From: a virus
Reading direction: 5' to 3' (one strand)
DNA length: 40,710 nt
UHGV virus genome: UHGV-0247404
The notes below the pieces were generated by a model. That model made no database searches, was not told the origin of the DNA, and worked only from the letters and a program-made list of their open reading frames with translations. Shown here piece by piece: positions 18,637-28,100 of the stretch. How positions within the stretch are numbered: position 1 is the first letter of the stretch; each line of letters begins with the position of its first letter. The translations under genes were made by a program, and so were the position numbers.

Positions 18637-19575
18637 ATGTCCTACTTGAAAAATCGTGAAGAATCTTGGATCAAAGAACAGATGAAGCTAGATCGCAATA
18701 GAGAAAAAGAAATTGTTCAACAGCTTCAAAATGCTATTGATGCGATTCAAACCGAAATTGAAGCTAACTGGGATAGATTTTCCAATGGCCAAAAGATTAC
18801 AATTAGCGAAGCAAGAAAAATGGCTAATAAGATGGACGTAAAACGCTTTGAGAGAAAAGCGAAGGAGTATGTAAAAAATAAAGACTTTAGTCCACAGGCC
18901 AATAAAGAATTGAAAATCTATAACTTGGTAATGCGAGTGTCTAGATTAGAGCTATTAAAGTCTCAAATTGGCTTAGAATTAATCACGTTGTTTGATGAGC
19001 TAGATAAGTGGGGATATTCTCAGTTAACTGAAGCCGCAAAAGATGAATATTTAAGACAGGCGGGAATACTAGGTGAAACCGTTAAAGAAAATTATTCGTC
19101 TATGGTTAGAAAAATTGTTAATGCATCATTCAAATCAAGTGAATTCCCTTCGTTTAGTGATAACATTTGGCAAAATTTTGTTGAAATGAAAGCTGATTTA
19201 GAAAAAATAATCACTCAGGCAATCACTCAAGGTAAAAATCCAAGAGCAGTAGCAAAAGAGATGGCAAAATTTTTAAAGCCTAACCAATTAAATATAAGAT
19301 ACAAGCTAAATAGGCTAATGATGACTGAAATATCTGGTGTTCAAACAGATATTCAAAAGCAAAGTTACTTGGATGCAGATATCGAAGAATATGATTACAT
19401 TGCAGAACCGTTTGCCTGTGAAATATGTAAAAAAGTAGCTAAGGGTAGTCCTTATAAAGTATTAAAGATGAAAAAAGGCATTAATGCTCCATACATGCAT
19501 CCCCATTGCAAATGCTCTACTGTCCCTAAAGTTAGTGAGGATTATGAGAAGTCGCTGAAAGAAAGAGGTTTGTAA
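18637..19575 (+). CDS. minor head protein (SPP1 gp7 / Mu F-like head morphogenesis)
   Basis: Position after portal; C-terminal Cys/His cluster CEIC...HPHCKC. Confidence 0.5.
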   Translation: MSYLKNREESWIKEQMKLDRNREKEIVQQLQNAIDAIQTEIEANWDRFSNGQKITISEARKMANKMDVKRFERKAKEYVKNKDFSPQANKELKIYNLVMRVSRLELLKSQIGLELITLFDELDKWGYSQLTEAAKDEYLRQAGILGETVKENYSSMVRKIVNASFKSSEFPSFSDNIWQNFVEMKADLEKIITQAITQGKNPRAVAKEMAKFLKPNQLNIRYKLNRLMMTEISGVQTDIQKQSYLDADIEEYDYIAEPFACEICKKVAKGSPYKVLKMKKGINAPYMHPHCKCSTVPKVSEDYEKSLKERGL

Positions 19576-19689
19576 ATGGATAATCTATATAAATGCAATC
19601 AATGTCATAAGCACACTCCTTTAATTAGAAAATCTGAAAATATCACGAAGGATGTCGAACACCATTATGCTGAATGTGCCAATTGTTGA
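19576..19689 (+). CDS. small zinc-ribbon protein (37 aa, CxxC...CxxC); in-frame ORF continues after a single TGA
   Basis: MDNLYKCNQCHKHTPLIRKSENITKDVEHHYAECANC then TGA; same frame reopens to 19843. Confidence 0.3.
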   Translation: MDNLYKCNQCHKHTPLIRKSENITKDVEHHYAECANC

Positions 19690-19841
19690 TATAAAGCGAC
19701 AATTATGTATATGAATACCGAAATCAAGTTATTAATGCATGAACAAAGAAAAACAAACTTTGGTACAAAAAAGAAAGGTAAATTGACAGAAAAGCTAAAC
19801 AGACTAATTTCTCAATTAAGAAAAGAAGTCGAGGGATCAAG

Positions 19842-20063
19842 TTGAAAAGTTATTCTTTAGTTTATTGGTCAGGTGTTGACGATGAAACTGGTGCGTTTAA
19901 GCAAATAGATTGTCTCATTAATGATGAAACAGTTAAGAAGTTGCTTGAAGGCAAACCTAAATTTATCTCAATTATTGTTGATGATGGTGAACAAATGTTA
20001 ATTCAAACGGATAATATCAATCAGATAAAACAAGTTTATGAAAAATACGGCAGAAAGGCGTGA
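19842..20063 (+). CDS. hypothetical protein (TTG start)
   Basis: ORF track; SD gaggga 5 nt upstream of TTG. Confidence 0.35.
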   Translation: MKSYSLVYWSGVDDETGAFKQIDCLINDETVKKLLEGKPKFISIIVDDGEQMLIQTDNINQIKQVYEKYGRKA

Positions 20064-20128
20064 TTCTATGAATGACGATCCTTACGATTACTTAGATGCT
20101 GATTATGAAGAATATTTAAAGAGAGAAG

Positions 20129-20153
20129 AGTCTAACAAACGTTAGACTTTTTA
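20129..20153 (+). terminator. rho-independent terminator
   Basis: agtctaac-aaac-gttagact followed by TTTTT. Confidence 0.5.
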
Positions 20154-20257
20154 TATTGCCTTCTTACTGCTTACAGGCACTAAAGAGAAAGCTGTTTCGA
20201 TTGATAGGCGTAACTTATCAAATATATCGGGTAGCGGCGTAACCGTGGAGGATAATC

Positions 20258-20857
20258 ATGAAAACAAAAAAACTATTATTGCCAATGCATTTACAATTCT
20301 TTGCTGATAATCCAGATACTGGCACTGGGGGTACGGACCAACCGGCCGGAGGTCAAGAGCAAACACCGCCAGGAGATGGCGGCAAAGATAAAGGTAATGA
20401 AAAAACGTTTTCTCGTGGTGAAGTAGCAAAAATGATCGCTGCTGAAGTATCAAAAACAAAAGAAGCTTGGGAAAAAGAGCAACAAGAAAAACAAGCAGAA
20501 GCAGAAAAACTGGCAAAAATGAATGCTCAAGAAAAAGCTGAACATGAAAAGAAACAGCTAGAAGCAAAAATTGCGGAATTGGAACGTAGTCAAGCATTAG
20601 TTTCCATGTCAAAGGAAGCTTCTAAAATGCTTTCAGAAGCTAGTTTGCCGCATGACGATGATTTGCTAGGATTGATTGTTTCAGATGATGCGGAAGCCAC
20701 AAAAAAAGCTGTCGCTATTGTTACGAACTATGTATCAATGATTAAGAAAGAAAATGCTCGCCAAAAAACACCAGGTGAGGGCGGACAATTTTCAACTGAT
20801 AAAAAAGAAACCGAATCAGTTGCAGCTCTTGCAGCAAGCACACGAATTGTAAAATAG
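20258..20857 (+). CDS. scaffolding protein with N-terminal L27-like Prp cleavage motif
   Basis: Coiled-coil, Glu/Lys-rich 199-aa protein before the capsid gene; N-term MKTKKLLLPMHLQFFA|DNP. Confidence 0.65.
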   Translation: MKTKKLLLPMHLQFFADNPDTGTGGTDQPAGGQEQTPPGDGGKDKGNEKTFSRGEVAKMIAAEVSKTKEAWEKEQQEKQAEAEKLAKMNAQEKAEHEKKQLEAKIAELERSQALVSMSKEASKMLSEASLPHDDDLLGLIVSDDAEATKKAVAIVTNYVSMIKKENARQKTPGEGGQFSTDKKETESVAALAASTRIVK

Positions 20858-20869
20858 GAGGAAATATAA

Positions 20870-21802
20870 ATGAAGAAAAAACAATTAATGAAAATGGATA
20901 TTCAAATGTTTGCTCAAACATGGAATCCAGACAACGTCACAGTATTAGAGAAAAAAGATGGAACAATTCCAGACAAGTACAACACTTTAATTTTAAAAGA
21001 TGTGATGGAAAATTCTAAGTTAATGCAGTTAGCTAAATATGAAGAAATGGACAGCAAAGAAAAGAAATTCGAATACTTTGCAGAAGGTCCTGGAGCATAC
21101 TGGGTTGGTGAAGGTGATAAGATTAAAACGTCTAAACCTAAATGGTTAAACGTAACAATGACTGCGAAAAAAATCGGTGTTATTATCCCAGTTTCTCGGG
21201 AATATTTAACTTATAAGATGTCTGATTTCTTTACTCAAATGCAACCAAAAATCGCAGAAGCATTTTATAAGAAAATTGATGCGGCTACTATCCTTGATAA
21301 AGAAAATCCATTCTCTCAATCTATTGAAAAATCTGTCATTGCAGCTAGTAATGTAATTGAGGGCGACTTGACATATGACAACATTTTAGCATTAGAGGAT
21401 TTGCTTGGAGAAGGTGAATACGATCCGAATGCTTTCATTTCTAATCGTAAGAATCGTACAGTGTTACGTGAAGCAAGTAAAAAAATTGGTGACACAACTC
21501 AATTTATTTATGATCGTGTCAGCAATACTATTGATGGACTGCCTGTAGCAGATCTAAAATCTATGGATAAGGGAAACCTTTATACTGGTGATTTTGATTA
21601 CTTGCGCTATGGTATCCCATTTAACATTAATTTCAAAATTTCAGAAGAAGCTCAATTATCTACTTTAACGAATGAAGACGGTACGCCTGTCAACTTGTAC
21701 GAACAAGAATTGGTTGCTTTACGAGCTACAATGGATATTGGTTTCATGGTCATCAAAGATGAAGCATTTGCTAAGATTCAACCAAAAGCTGCGGGGGAGT
21801 AA
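20870..21802 (+). CDS. major capsid protein with N-terminal Prp cleavage motif
   Basis: 310 aa, strong SD aggagga; N-term MKKKQLMKMDIQMFA|QTW; follows scaffold. Confidence 0.7.
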   Translation: MKKKQLMKMDIQMFAQTWNPDNVTVLEKKDGTIPDKYNTLILKDVMENSKLMQLAKYEEMDSKEKKFEYFAEGPGAYWVGEGDKIKTSKPKWLNVTMTAKKIGVIIPVSREYLTYKMSDFFTQMQPKIAEAFYKKIDAATILDKENPFSQSIEKSVIAASNVIEGDLTYDNILALEDLLGEGEYDPNAFISNRKNRTVLREASKKIGDTTQFIYDRVSNTIDGLPVADLKSMDKGNLYTGDFDYLRYGIPFNINFKISEEAQLSTLTNEDGTPVNLYEQELVALRATMDIGFMVIKDEAFAKIQPKAAGE

Positions 21803-21864
21803 CTAGCCCTGTTGTCGGAAAAGTAACACCGACAACAAATGGGGCGACAATCGAACTAACTTAG
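21793..21864 (+). other. recoding cassette A: G-run slip site plus -1 frame 20-codon extension (TSPVVGKVTPTTNGATIELT) with downstream hairpin 21811-21836
   Basis: -1 frame open from 21775 through the capsid stop to TAG 21862-64; nt and peptide homology to cassette B at 23827-23889. Confidence 0.5.
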
Positions 21865-21875
21865 GTGGTGTTTAG

Positions 21876-22208
21876 ATGTCAGAGATAGCAAATGATGTAA
21901 AAAAATTATTAAATGGCAGTCTTGATGAAAAACTAGAAATCATTGAAAGACGTACAAACGATCGACTTCAAAATATATTGAATGTCACTGAGTTACCAAA
22001 AAGTTTTGATTCAGTTGTATATGAAGTCACTTTAAAACGATTTAATCGTATTGGCCAAGAAGGAATGCAATCTTATTCTCAAGAAGGTTTATCTATGGCA
22101 TTTCCAGACTCTGATTTTTCTGAATATCAAGATGAAATTGAAGAGTATAAGAACAAGGAAATAGAAGAACTTTATAAGCCTAAACATGGGAGGTTTACAT
22201 TTTCATGA
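21876..22208 (+). CDS. head-tail connector protein
   Basis: Size and position after capsid. Confidence 0.45.
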   Translation: MSEIANDVKKLLNGSLDEKLEIIERRTNDRLQNILNVTELPKSFDSVVYEVTLKRFNRIGQEGMQSYSQEGLSMAFPDSDFSEYQDEIEEYKNKEIEELYKPKHGRFTFS

Positions 22209-22540
22209 GATATTTAGATGAAATTACCTTTGTAAAAAAATCTTCAGAATCGCATTATGATCCAAATTCAGGTGAATGGATTGAAGAAGAGCCGTTTAGG
22301 AAAACTACTGATGTCAATGTAACTGATATTGGTACTGATCGTTCTGTTACTATTTTCGGAAGTATTAAAGAAGGGGCTAAGGTAATTAGGACACAGCCCC
22401 TTTTTGTTATTCCAGAATTTGATTACATTGAGTTTGAGGGTAAAACTTGGCAAATTATTACAAGTAGAGTTCCTGCATTAAGAAATAGCTTGATTGTTCA
22501 TGAGGTGATTATTGATGGCAAGAAGTCAAGTAAGAATTAA
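22205..22540 (+). CDS. head closure / head-tail joining protein
   Basis: Position; overlapping start/stop. Confidence 0.4.
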   Translation: MRYLDEITFVKKSSESHYDPNSGEWIEEEPFRKTTDVNVTDIGTDRSVTIFGSIKEGAKVIRTQPLFVIPEFDYIEFEGKTWQIITSRVPALRNSLIVHEVIIDGKKSSKN

Positions 22541-22895
22541 TGGATTAGCTGGAATTTCTAAAAAACTAAAGAGAAATGCTCAACTTGATGATGTGAAAAA
22601 AGTTGTTAGAAATAACACAGCCGAATTAACCGCCAATATGCAAGCTGAAGCCGAAAAGGTGTTAACTGGACACTGGGAAGGTAAAAAGTTTGTTAAACCT
22701 ACAGGGGCAACAAAAAGAAGTATCGTTATGAGGCTTTCGAACAATGGTTTTTCTGGGCATACAGGACCAGGAACAGAATACGCACCGTATTTAATAAACG
22801 GTACGAGATTTATGGTGAAACGTGATTTCTTTTTACCACCGCTGAAACAACAAAAAGTGAAATTTAGAACGGACTTGGAAAGGTTGATGAAATGA
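22512..22895 (+). CDS. HK97 gp10-family neck/tail-completion protein
   Basis: C-terminal [13 protein letters not shown] motif typical of the HK97 gp10 family. Confidence 0.5.
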   Translation: MMARSQVRINGLAGISKKLKRNAQLDDVKKVVRNNTAELTANMQAEAEKVLTGHWEGKKFVKPTGATKRSIVMRLSNNGFSGHTGPGTEYAPYLINGTRFMVKRDFFLPPLKQQKVKFRTDLERLMK

Positions 22896-23281
22896 TTAAA
22901 ACAAGAGATCAATCAATCTTCGATGAAGTGTATAAGAAGTGTCAATCACTGGGTTATGAAACCTACGATTATAAACCTATGAATGATGTAGGTTATCCAT
23001 TTGTCGAATTAGAAGATACTCAGACACTGCACCAAGCTAACAAAACTGATATTAAAGGTTCGGTTACATTGAATCTATCTGTATGGGGATTGGCAAAAAA
23101 ACGTAAACAAATATCGGATATGGCTTCAGCAATTTTTGCTGAGGCTCTATCTATTTCTGAAACGGAAGGTTATTATTGGTCGCTCAATATCCAATCAAGC
23201 GGTATTCGGTTAGTAGATGACATTTCGACTAACACACCATTGAAGCGGGCAATGATATCTTTAGAATTCAAAATACTATAG
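22892..23281 (+). CDS. tail terminator / neck protein
   Basis: Position immediately before major tail protein. Confidence 0.4.
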   Translation: MIKTRDQSIFDEVYKKCQSLGYETYDYKPMNDVGYPFVELEDTQTLHQANKTDIKGSVTLNLSVWGLAKKRKQISDMASAIFAEALSISETEGYYWSLNIQSSGIRLVDDISTNTPLKRAMISLEFKIL

Positions 23282-23296
23282 AGAGAAGGAATATAA

Positions 23297-23827
23297 ATGG
23301 CTAATGAAGCAAAAGTAGCGGCTAAAGGTATTGATATTATTTTACTTTTCCGTTTGTTAAAAAAATCAAAAGAGGAAGCAGCATGGAAATTAGCTTTCCA
23401 GACAGAACATGAAAATACAAAAACAAAAGATAGTGATTCTGTGGCCACTAAAGATGGTCCGATTCGCATCCCAGGATCATTGGAAATTGATTTTTCGGCA
23501 ACATCTATTTTATCAGTCGGTGATCCGTATGTTGACCAGCTAGAAGAAGCTTTAGACAATGACGATATTATTGAAATCTGGGAAATCAACAAAGCAGAAA
23601 AAGGCACAGGAGATAATGCTGACAAATACAAGGCAACCTATTACCAAGGATATGTAACATCATTTGGTAAATCACCTAATGCTGAAGACACCGTAGAAGT
23701 TTCATTAGAATTTGGTATCAATGGTAAAGGCGCAAAAGGATTTGCAACATTAACTGCTGATCAAGAAGAAGTAGTTCAATATGTCTTCAAAGATACGACT
23801 ATTGAAACAGCTGATCCGGGAAAGTAG
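23297..23827 (+). CDS. major tail protein (TP901-1/phi13-like)
   Basis: 176 aa, strong SD, located before chaperone/TMP; ends with slippery G_GGA_AAG at the stop. Confidence 0.65.
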   Translation: MANEAKVAAKGIDIILLFRLLKKSKEEAAWKLAFQTEHENTKTKDSDSVATKDGPIRIPGSLEIDFSATSILSVGDPYVDQLEEALDNDDIIEIWEINKAEKGTGDNADKYKATYYQGYVTSFGKSPNAEDTVEVSLEFGINGKGAKGFATLTADQEEVVQYVFKDTTIETADPGK

Positions 23828-23889
23828 ATAGCCCTTCTGTGGGAAGTGTAACTCCTACAGTCGATGGGGCTTCTATTGAATTAAGCTAA
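23818..23889 (+). other. recoding cassette B: canonical -1 slippery heptamer G_GGA_AAG (23818-23824) plus -1 frame 20-codon extension (DSPSVGSVTPTVDGASIELS) and hairpin 23837-23859
   Basis: -1 frame open from 23815 across the MTP stop to TAA 23887-89; homologous to cassette A. Confidence 0.6.
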
Positions 23890-23904
23890 GAAAGGAAAAT
23901 AAAT

Positions 23905-24363
23905 ATGGTGGATACTTTTAAAATTTATAAAGGCCAAACCGAAGTTGTTTCCGGCCAATCACCTTTAACTATAACAGGAATGGAACCTAACACCTCAGTG
24001 TCGGCTGGTGAGTACCAAGTAACTCGTGTTGTTAATGGGAAAGAATCAGAGCGAGTAGATATTCCAGCTTTTAAAACATTGTCTATTGCTGTAACTGGCT
24101 TAGAGTTTTCTCCTAAAACGTCCACAGCAGATGCGGGTACTGCAGGTAGCCGACAAATCACAGCAACTGTCTTGCCTGAAAATGCAACCAACAAAAAAGT
24201 AACCTATAAGATTACGCCTGAAACAGAAGGTCTTGCTGTCTCTGAAACAGGAAATATTACTTGGACAGAAGCGGTACCGGCTGGTGTTTATACTACAACA
24301 GGAACAACAGAGGATGGTAAAAAAACAGCTCAACACACCTTAACATTGAATAATCAAGCTTAA
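23905..24363 (+). CDS. Ig-like (BIG2) domain protein, in frame with the MTP -1 extension
   Basis: ITATVLPENATNKKVTYKITPE...GNITWTEAVPAGVYTTTGTTEDGKKTAQHTLTLN is a BIG2 signature; own SD aaaggaaa. Confidence 0.6.
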   Translation: MVDTFKIYKGQTEVVSGQSPLTITGMEPNTSVSAGEYQVTRVVNGKESERVDIPAFKTLSIAVTGLEFSPKTSTADAGTAGSRQITATVLPENATNKKVTYKITPETEGLAVSETGNITWTEAVPAGVYTTTGTTEDGKKTAQHTLTLNNQA

Positions 24364-24377
24364 AATATAAATTTAGA

Positions 24378-24404
24378 GGGCAGCTTGGCGGCTGTCCTTT
24401 TCTT
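24378..24404 (+). terminator. rho-independent terminator after Ig-like ORF
   Basis: gggcagc-ttggcg-gctgtcc followed by TTTTCTT. Confidence 0.45.
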
Positions 24405-24418
24405 ATGGAGGAAAAGAC

Positions 24419-24769
24419 ATGCAAATCGAAATTAAAGGAAAAAAATATAACTGTATTTTTGGAGTCAAGTTTATTCGTGAATTGGATAAGCAGCATGGGG
24501 TAGTTCGTAATGATGTGAATCTTGGGATGGGACTAACAACATTATTACCGCAGCTAGTAAGTGGAAATATCGTTGTTTTATCTGATGTACTCTATACAGC
24601 TACCATTACGGAAAAAAGTAGACCTTCTAAGGATGAAGTAGATGAGTTCGTTGAAACTGTTGATGATATTGAGGCATTATTTGATGAAACGTTGAAACAC
24701 TTAGAAGAAAGCAATGCGGGAAAGTTAACGGTCAGAAATTTCAAGAAAGCTCTGATGGAGAACAAGTAA
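24419..24769 (+). CDS. tail assembly chaperone (G-like)
   Basis: 116 aa between MTP and TMP; contains slippery G_GGA_AAG at 24718-24724. Confidence 0.65.
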   Translation: MQIEIKGKKYNCIFGVKFIRELDKQHGVVRNDVNLGMGLTTLLPQLVSGNIVVLSDVLYTATITEKSRPSKDEVDEFVETVDDIEALFDETLKHLEESNAGKLTVRNFKKALMENK

Positions 24770-25119
24770 GAGAGGAATTAAGCTCAGCTGAAGCTTACGA
24801 AAATATTCTCATTAATTGTTTTCGTTACCTAGAAATTACTGATTTAACAGAAATTGAACGAATGACTTTGTATGAATATGAAGTTAGGCTATTGGCGTTT
24901 CAGTTAAAAAGACTTGATCATGAAAGAGACCTCTATCTCCAATCTTGGCTAAATAACCAAATTAAGGCGACTAAAGGTAAAAAATCCGAACCTTATTATA
25001 AGGAATTCAATAAGTTTTTCAATTATGAAGAACGAGAGAAGCTTATTTTGGGTAAATCATTAATTGATGAAAAAGTTGATATAGGAGCAATTGATTTATT
25101 AAGAAAAGCAAATAAGTAG
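24419..25119 (+). CDS. tail assembly chaperone -1 frameshift fusion (GT-like)
   Basis: -1 frame open from 24688 and continuous with ORF 24862..25119; heptamer G_GGA_AAG sits in the window. Confidence 0.6.
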
Positions 25120-25134
25120 GAAAGGAGGAAAATA

Positions 25135-28100
25135 ATGGAATCATATTCAGTCGAAGCAATACTTACTGCCACTGATAGAACGTTTAGTAGCACGATGAGT
25201 AGCGCTGAACGTTCTATGGCTGGTGTAAACAAGCAATCTGGTGAACTAGGTGATGGATTGGATAAAAGCACCACTAAAGGGAATCAATTGGGTAAGTCAA
25301 TTCTTAGTATTGGGGCAGGCGTGGGCGCTGTAAAATTAGTATCTACGGCCGTAAATATGGTTAAGGACTCTGTTGAAGGAGCGATTAACCGTTTTGATAC
25401 GTTGAATAAGTATCCTGTAGTTATGAAGGCTCTAGGTTACTCAACAGAAGATGTTGATCGGTCCATGAATAAACTATCTGATGGGATTGATGGATTGCCA
25501 ACATCCCTCGATGAAATTGTAGCTAGTACGCAACAACTATCAATTTCAACTGGTAGCTTGAGTAAAGGGACTGACACAGCTATTGCATTAAATGATGCCT
25601 TTCTTGCTTCTGGAGCTTCAACTGCTGATGCGACTCGTGGTATGCAACAATATATTCAAATGCTCGGTAAGGGTGAAGTTGATATGCAGTCTTGGCGAAC
25701 TTTACAAGAAACAATGCCAATAGCTATGGATAAAGTTGCTAAGTCTTTCAAAGAACAAGGTGTAAACTCAGTTAACCAATTATATGATGCCTTAAAAGAA
25801 GGAGATATTACATTTAATGAGTTCAATAATCGTTTGATTGAGTTGGACAAAGGCGTAGGTGGTTTTGCGGATTTAGCCAAGAAAAACTCAAAAGGTATCA
25901 AAACCTCATGGGCAAATATTAAAACAGCCACCGTTAAAGGTGTAACTACAGTTATTAATTCATTTGATGAATTATCCAAAGCAGTGACAGGAAAAAATAT
26001 TGCCGAAAACTTAGACTCTTTAAAAAATGTAGTTAATATAACTTTTAAGGCAATTGATGCAGCGATTCAATCAACTATTCCGTTGATGAAACTATTCGGA
26101 AAAGCTATTACGTCGATAGGTACAGCCTTAACACCATTATTACCAACAATTGCCAGTTTTGCTGCCACCTTTACAGCGTTGAAAGTAATTCAGCAAGTGA
26201 CAGGCTATATAAAACAATCTGAATTGGCAATCAAAGCTTATACAACCGCAATAAGTTTATACAATGGAATATCAAAACTGGCTACGTTGTCTACCACAGC
26301 ACTCGGAAGAGCATGGATGTTAAACTTGGCTGCCGATAAAGCCAATTCTGCAGCAATAGCAATAAAAACTGGTCTTTTAGTGGCGCAAAATACAATCGTT
26401 GGTGTTTTGACGGGAACAATTAGTTTAGCTACAGTAGCTACAACTGTTTTTAGTACCGCTATGAAATTGTTGATGGGTCCTATTGGTTGGGTAACAGCTG
26501 CAATAGGAGGACTAGTAGCTGTAGGGGTAAACTTGTGGAAATGGTTAAATAAGGAAACTGAATCAACTAAGGCAGTTAAAAAAGAACAAGAAAACCTTAT
26601 GAAAACCACAGATGACTTGATTAAAAAGAATCAAGAACATACCCAATCACGAAAAGATGAAGCTATTGAATTGGATAATACTAAAGAAAAATTCCAATCT
26701 ATGATTTCTGAAATGGAAATGCTCTCTGCTAAAGAAAAATTAAGCAACAGCGAGAAAAAACGTATGGTGGAAATTGTTGAGGAATTGAACGGTAAAATGA
26801 CAGGTTTAAACTTAGTTTATGACGATCAAAAAAATATTTTATCTGAAATGCCTGGAACAATTCAACAACAAGTTGATGCCTATAATGCTTTAGATGAAGC
26901 TTCTCAAGCTCAAGAAAACATTAATCAAATGTTAAAAGAACGAAATGATAATGAAGCGAAGCTGATGGAAATCAATGCCGCTAGAGAAAAATGGAATCAG
27001 ACATTAAAAGAATCTGGCGGGAATACAAAAGAAGCTCGTGAAAATATTGAAAAGTTGGGCGAGCAAGAGCAAGTGTTGAAGGGCGTTCAACAGGAATTAA
27101 CGAATGAAATTATAAATACAGCTAATGCCCATGAACAATCAATGCAGCGTGCAAGCCAAGCTGTGGAAAATGGTGTGTTAAATCAAACAGTTTCATACAA
27201 TGCTTTAAGTGGTAAGACGAAAGAAACAATGGATGCAATGCGTTCAGAATATTCATCACTTGAAGAAAAAGTAGGGAGCGCCTTTGATGTTATCCAGCAA
27301 AAACAAGCTATTTCAGTTGATCAAATGGCTGAAAATTTACAAAAAAATCAAGAAGCTGTTAGCCAATGGAGCACTAACATTGCTGCGTTAGCACAGCGAG
27401 GGGTAGATGAAGGGCTTTTAGAGCAACTAAGGAAAATGGGTCCTGAAGGTGCTGCTCAAGCGGCAGAATTAGTAAATTCTTCAGACGAACAATTACAACG
27501 CTTGAATGATGTCTATCGTAATACTGGTGAAACTTCTATGAATGCGATGAAAGAAGGCTATCAGTTAGGTAAAAATGGTGTAAATGAGGAAATAGCAAGC
27601 TTAATTCCAACGCAAAAAGATACATTAATGACACAGATTAAGAGCACCGATTTTAATAGCGTTGGTCTAAGTGTAACCGAAAACTTTAAAGCAGGCATTG
27701 AGAACGGGCGTACAGCAGTCGAAGAAATGACCAAAGGAATTGTTCCTAAAGTCGGGGAAGACATGAAAGGGGAAGTCCAAAAAGCTGATTTCAGAGGTAT
27801 TGGTAAGTCCATTCCTCAAGGATTAGAAAAAGGTGTTGACGACGGTAAAGGAGTTCCTGTAAAAACATCTAATCAAATGATTGATGATGTTGTTTCTGGT
27901 GCCAGAAAAGGTTTAGATTCTCACTCTCCTTCTCGTGTATTTCACTCAATTGGTGAAGATGTTGATTCTGGATTATCAAACGGTATAGAACAAAACGCAA
28001 TGAATCCAGTAAGAGCAGTTGAGTCTATTGTTGATAAAATAATTTCTGCAATGGATAAATTGCCATCAGAAATGAATTCTATCGGAGCAAATGCAATTGA

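Noticed and set aside
20256-20612. 118-aa minus-strand ORF
   Set aside because: Antisense shadow of the scaffold gene (repetitive Glu/Lys codons give an open antisense frame).
23173-23631. 152-aa minus-strand ORF
   Set aside because: Antisense to the neck and major tail genes; Ser-rich shadow ORF.
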